The notes beneath the pieces are model-generated. The model was given only the letters and a program-made list of their open reading frames with translations, was not told the DNA's origin and did no database searches. A stretch of 64,000 nt of DNA, taken from positions 900,827 to 964,826 of the forward strand of contig NW_003314305.1 of assembly GCF_000143415.4 (NCBI RefSeq). The letters run 5' to 3'. This document shows positions 62,052 to 64,000 of the stretch, piece by piece (the stretch's first letter is position 1; each line of letters begins with the position of its first letter). Source of the stretch: Selaginella moellendorffii (Eukaryota; Plantae; Lycopodiophyta). The position numbers and the translations under genes were made by a program.

Positions 62052-62708
62052 TAGCCCAATAGGTGGTACTCTTCATTCAAAGGTCTATTTATTGTATTCT
62101 TCACAAAGAATATTAAAGGAATATTTTACTAGCAGGAATATTCTGGAAGGATCTTTTTTGCTGTGGCTGGCCAGTGGGCGCGCGGCACGGCCCTGGGCTG
62201 AAGGAGCGACACCTGTTTGTTTTCTCCCCAAACTCTGTCTTTGACCGCAGCCGCGAAGCTTCAAAGCTTTTGGATTTACCCCAGCTCCTCCTCTGCTCCT
62301 CTGCGGTGGCTTCAGGATTGGATTTGCGGTGGTGGTGGCCGTGGCATGGGTTTAGATTGCCTGCACTTAAGCAAGACTTAGAGTAGGGAGCACAATTGCA
62401 CCCACAACCTTGAAGCAATTGCGCTCTCTGCCGTCTTCTTGTGTATTATACTTCTATACATATTGAGGGAGGTATTCACACCCTTGTGTCGATCATCGTC
62501 CCCAATCAAGCTGGCCCTGCGTTCCCTCCACACGGCCATAGCCAAGCCCTAAAATTCAAATCTTCACAAGGACGTACACCTATCCTAACCCTAAAAAAGA
62601 GTGGCCACCCTGTGGATTTGATAGCCACAAATGCAATATGCACTAGTAGTCCTTGCTCTTTGGCTTGGTTTTGTCAGGAAGATGCCGTGTGAAGCAAGTG
62701 TATGTCAA

Positions 62709-64000
62709 TATTAGAACCTAATGAAGAATTACTGTGTTGACGCAAAGCAAATCACCACCCAGCCACCACGCCATTGTTTACAGCTGTCAGCACGTTCCAC
62801 TTCCACCAGGTCCAAAAGCATGTTCCAAAGCCTTTGATTACTTGTGAATTAATCTCTGTAAAATAAATTGACTAAATTTAACTTAGTCATATTTTAATTA
62901 AGATTAATGCCAAGATTATAACAATCCTCCCCTCAACCTCAACTGAAGTCCTTGTCCAGAAGGACTGCCTAGTGATCAATTACTTCTTGGGGCTCTAGTT
63001 CTATTCTCAGTTTGAAACATCCAAAAAAAATCTACTCAAGATTCATTCCTCATCAAAACACTTTTTAACTGGTTGACATAAAAAACTGGGTGTACTTTTG
63101 CAACTTCACTTGTTAAGCCACTTTACCAATACGTTCCAAAGCTTTATAAAGAGGAGATAGCTTATTATTTCTCTAATCTCTTAAGGATATAATGGTTGTA
63201 CAACTTTATAATACTGGAAATATCACTTGCACATAAATGAGTCACTAACCTTGAAAGTTTGATGCTCATTAGTATACCTTTTAGCTTGGTCTTGATTTAT
63301 TTATAAATTCCTCTGGCATACATTTAAAATTTCATCCAAATCTATGGATAAACCCTTTTCCTCACCATCCATCTTAAATCCTTGAGAGCTAAGTAAACTA
63401 AGCTCAAAAGCTGTCCTTAGATGACGACCATGCATTGTAAAGTAAGGTGTCATCTTGGTGCCATTACTTTGGCTATTTTTATAAGCAAACTCTACAAGAA
63501 ATAAAAATTTATCCCACAGCCAGTATAAGCAAACTCCACAAAAAATGAAAATTTATCCCACTATTCTTGTTGCCTATGAATAGTGCATTTAAGTATGTCT
63601 TCAACCACATAGTTGACTCACTTTTTGTCTATTTATCTAAGGATGATCCCTACTACTTAGTTTGATGCCAATCTTTATGAGTTTTGTAAAGCTTCTCCAA
63701 AATTCATTTGTGAATTTTGAGTTTCTATCACTCACAATCTCCACTAGCAAACTAAACTAAAGAAAAACACACTCAAGGTATACCACAACTAAGTCTATAC
63801 TCTTCATTACCTTCTTTAGAGGAATCAATTTTACAAACTTGGTCAAGAGATCCATAATGACTCAAGCTTGTTCATTTTGTTTAGCAAATGTGTGATAAAA
63901 TCCATGGATATACTCATCCATCTATCATTTGGGATAGACAATGGCACCAAAAGCCCTGCTGACTTTTCCCTTGGCCCCTTCACTTGCTGACAATTTCACA
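62709..64000 (-). mobile_element. Ty3/gypsy remnant: integrase, PPT and 3' LTR (62709-62923)
   Basis: CQQVKGPREKSAGLLVPLSIPNDRWMSISMDFITHL. PPT gaggttgaggggagga followed by tgttataatc. LTR is similar to 52303-52513. Confidence 0.88.

Noticed and set aside
52303-64000. gag-pro and integrase remnants as one full-length element
   Set aside because: They are on opposite strands with inverted LTRs, so they are independent insertions.

Overview
Eukaryotic nuclear DNA from a non-seed land plant. Very short (~50-65 bp) GT-AG introns, dense genes, a PLS-class PPR built of short 31-aa motifs and a flagellar IFT70 homolog suggest the lycophyte Selaginella; this is inferred, not verified. There are two assembly gaps. 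1-25.6 kb is a rearrangement-rich zone: two COPI-associated membrane-protein genes plus an inverted partial copy, a FUSC/ALMT-like exporter with decayed fragments, an intact BCS1-like AAA-ATPase facing a 5' fragment and an internally inverted copy, an F-box gene, a CHCH (Mix17/CHCHD2-like) gene, tRNA-Ala(AGC) and two copies of an ~860-bp element. 26-44.5 kb is a compact gene block: CCX exchanger, histone H1, acetyl-CoA synthetase, a bacterial-type twin-DTG aspartyl protease, a remorin-like gene, a PPR, CK2 beta, an atypical (Myt1-like) Wee1-family kinase and two orphan ORFs. 44.5-64 kb is mostly TE debris: a LINE remnant, a CACTA relic with a nested solo LTR (5-bp TSD) and short-LTR Ty3/gypsy remnants, plus an IFT70 pseudogene, a P450 terminal exon and an orphan multi-exon gene. 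Best leads are the internally inverted AAA-ATPase copy (possible antisense source), the non-canonical Wee1/Myt1 kinase and the bacterial-type protease. All family calls come from motif recognition by eye, and no database searches were run.
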